A DNA stretch of 64,000 nucleotides from Amphiscolops sp. MND2022 (lineage: Eukaryota), in contig OZ076409.1 of NCBI GenBank assembly GCA_964187785.1, forward strand, positions 12,526,001 through 12,590,000, given 5' to 3'. Shown here piece after piece: positions 61,777 through 64,000 of the stretch; within the stretch, counting starts at the first letter, position 1, and each line of letters begins with the position of its first letter. The notes under the pieces were generated by a model. That model made no database searches, was not told where the DNA came from, and saw only the letters and a program-made list of their open reading frames with translations. The translations under genes and the position numbers were made by a program.

Positions 61777-64000
61777 CTTGAGAATCGATTCCTGTAGATG
61801 CAGATTCAGCTGCGTTATTTTCACCTCGCACATGTCCTCAAGTAATATCGGCTTGTTCTTGAATTTTAGAAACAATTCATCACGAAAGGAGACCTTGATT
61901 AGATTCCTTCAAAAGTCAAAACGAAGCAATTGTGGAGTCGGTACATGCGTGTTTTGACTGGATTTTCATTTTCAACTTTGAGATGAGAGATTTTTTCCCA
62001 ACGATTCACCACTAAAAGTGCGGCGCACTTTCGACTCAAAGAAAGGACAGTCAGATAGATCTAGCAAGCTAGATTTAATGTTATCTTCTTTATCACAAGC
62101 GACCAACATAAACACAGGCAGCATAACTATTTTCCGAGATGTCGCAAAGTGTAGATTCATCTCATCAAAATCCTCGTCACGGAGAGCTAGTCCATCAATA
62201 GCGATTTTGATTAGAGGCATCAATTTTGTCCTCGTTTGGTGATAAATTTTCGGAACCTCAGAAGGAAAGATTGCATTCCAGTCGGTCTGCATTTTCAGAC
62301 TTCTTGCATTAGCTGCTTCAATTGCAAGATAACTGGCGAAAGTCAATCAACGGGATCTTCAGCAAAAAAACTTCAACAAAATCATTCAGGATTCTCTGTA
62401 AAGCCTTTCGGATAAATCCAGCTCCAGGTGTTTGGCGGTGAATGATTGTGAATGATTATTTGTCCTTGATGGGACTACAAACAATGACAAGTATCTTGAT
62501 AGTATGGTTTTCATTCAGAAATAAGAAGTAATCACTTGTTTCGCGATGCTCGACTGGAAGACCTTGGGTTAGCCTGGCATCACTGCATGTCCATTTACGA
62601 AGATCAAACTGTCCTCGTTTTAAAGTCTCAGTGAGACCGGGTGAGCTGCTTTCAAGTTTTTGCATGATTTAGAACGTCATCCCCATAGAAGTCGCCATTG
62701 ACGGGTTCCTTCACACTTTCAGAAAATCAGAATTTGAAACATTATATGTTACTCAAGTCATTCGATACGTCGAAATTGGTTCATTCGGAGTATTGTCTTT
62801 GATTTTGTGCCGTAGAATTTTGTGCCAATAGCGATCCTCAAAAAAGAGTTCATCCTGGCGATACGTTTTTGCCAAAACCGCTGACATTGCAATTTTGAAA
62901 ATATGAAACCTGAATTAAATGTATGAGTCAATCCTCTTCATATATGGTCAATTAACAAACAATCGTTGAGCCAGTAGTTGGTAGTAGTTTTTGAACTTTC
63001 GTCGAAGACAACGCGAAATTTCGTGATAGATCTGCTTCTTTCATTACGCAATGATGAATGATGCTGCAAGACAAACTTCCCCTCGTCGTCCAATTGATTG
63101 TCTGGTACCTTTTCTCAATGTTCTAGAATATTGAACTCTTGGATAAACCCAGAGTATCGTTCCTTCAGAGACAAATCATTACTTAATTTTGTCTCAAGAT
63201 CAAGAAATGGGCGCATCGCGAAAGCTCTGCTTGACCCCAAAGCTGGTCCGCAATATTTCAACCGCATTTCAACGACAAATCGTCGGTCATCGTTCGGCTT
63301 CGATGTACGGTCGAAATTTTCAACGCGTTCACGTTCTGATTTGGTCAGGTGTTTTTCCTCAGGTACGGTTTCAAGTTCTCAAAATTGGGTAACATAGATT
63401 TTGTTGGTATGAAATGAACCACAATATGTTTGTTGCTTCTTTATCTTGTTGAAAGGGTCCATAGACAATTCAACCTAAAATTCAGAGGTGTAGTACATTT
63501 TCTTTGAATTTTCCTTTTCTGATTGATACTTCCAGAACATCTGCTCCAAAGAAAATACCAATTTGTCCTCGGAGTTGCGGTTTGGATCAGTCAGTTTGAG
63601 ATTTTTGATGCTTTCCAGCGTTAGGGGTCTTTATTTTTTGAGGATAAACAAGATTCGGAATCTCGGGAACAAGATGAAGATTGACAAGTACTGTATCATT
63701 GAGGACGGTTGACAAAATTTATTTCGTTTTTTGTGAAGATGATGATGATTCTTCCATGAAGTTTCAATTTCAATGCATTATCTCTACTTTCACTTACAAA
63801 ACAAGCTTTTGATTCGGAGTCATGCATGGCTCGGAGAGTCACTGGAGTGCCATCGGCACCCTTGGATATTTTGTAGGCTGTTGATAAAAGGACAGTTTTC
63901 TGTAGACTGTCTGCTCCTCATTGATTATTTGCAACTGTCTCTACGACAGAACTAACCTGGACTTCTTGAAAACTGTCTTCAACATCGACAGAAGTAGTTT
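61777..64000 (-). mobile_element. Near-identical duplicate of BEL/Pao segment 56102-58325, running off the window end
   Basis: Constant offset of 5675 bp; paired ORF fragments (56297/61972, 56781/62456, 57423/63098, 58098/63773) with the same disruptions. Confidence 0.93.

Overview
Repeat-rich animal genomic DNA, not prokaryotic. The repeat landscape looks like a marine invertebrate, possibly an acoel, but the species cannot be established from the sequence. One host gene is supported: a + strand Axin (Wnt/beta-catenin destruction-complex scaffold). Its 8 phase-consistent coding exons are 9357-10531, 11218-11391, 13986-14118, 15707-15886, 38665-39368, 41195-41452 (or 41551), 41961-42536 and 43662-43788, giving 1108 aa (or 1141 aa) with RGS, GSK3-binding, beta-catenin-binding and DIX domains. 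Almost everything else is transposon-derived: CRE-like and I/Jockey-group LINE remnants, three Mag-like Ty3/gypsy copies of different ages, a duplicated decayed BEL/Pao element, many Helentron-type (HINE-like) elements, and MULE, piggyBac, hAT and CMC-type MITEs. There is a 200-N gap at 2107-2306. Best leads: (1) transposon-free islands in the 22.8-kb intron 4 carrying TCF/helper-like motifs and in-frame candidate first exons that would encode an Axin lacking RGS and GSK3 sites; (2) degenerate tankyrase-binding motifs; (3) a perfect 99-bp foldback palindrome inside the intronic gypsy element; (4) an in-frame alternative donor adding 33 aa; (5) a gypsy family with a WLDD RT motif and a long extra pol segment, whose full-length copies both sit inside the same HINE family.
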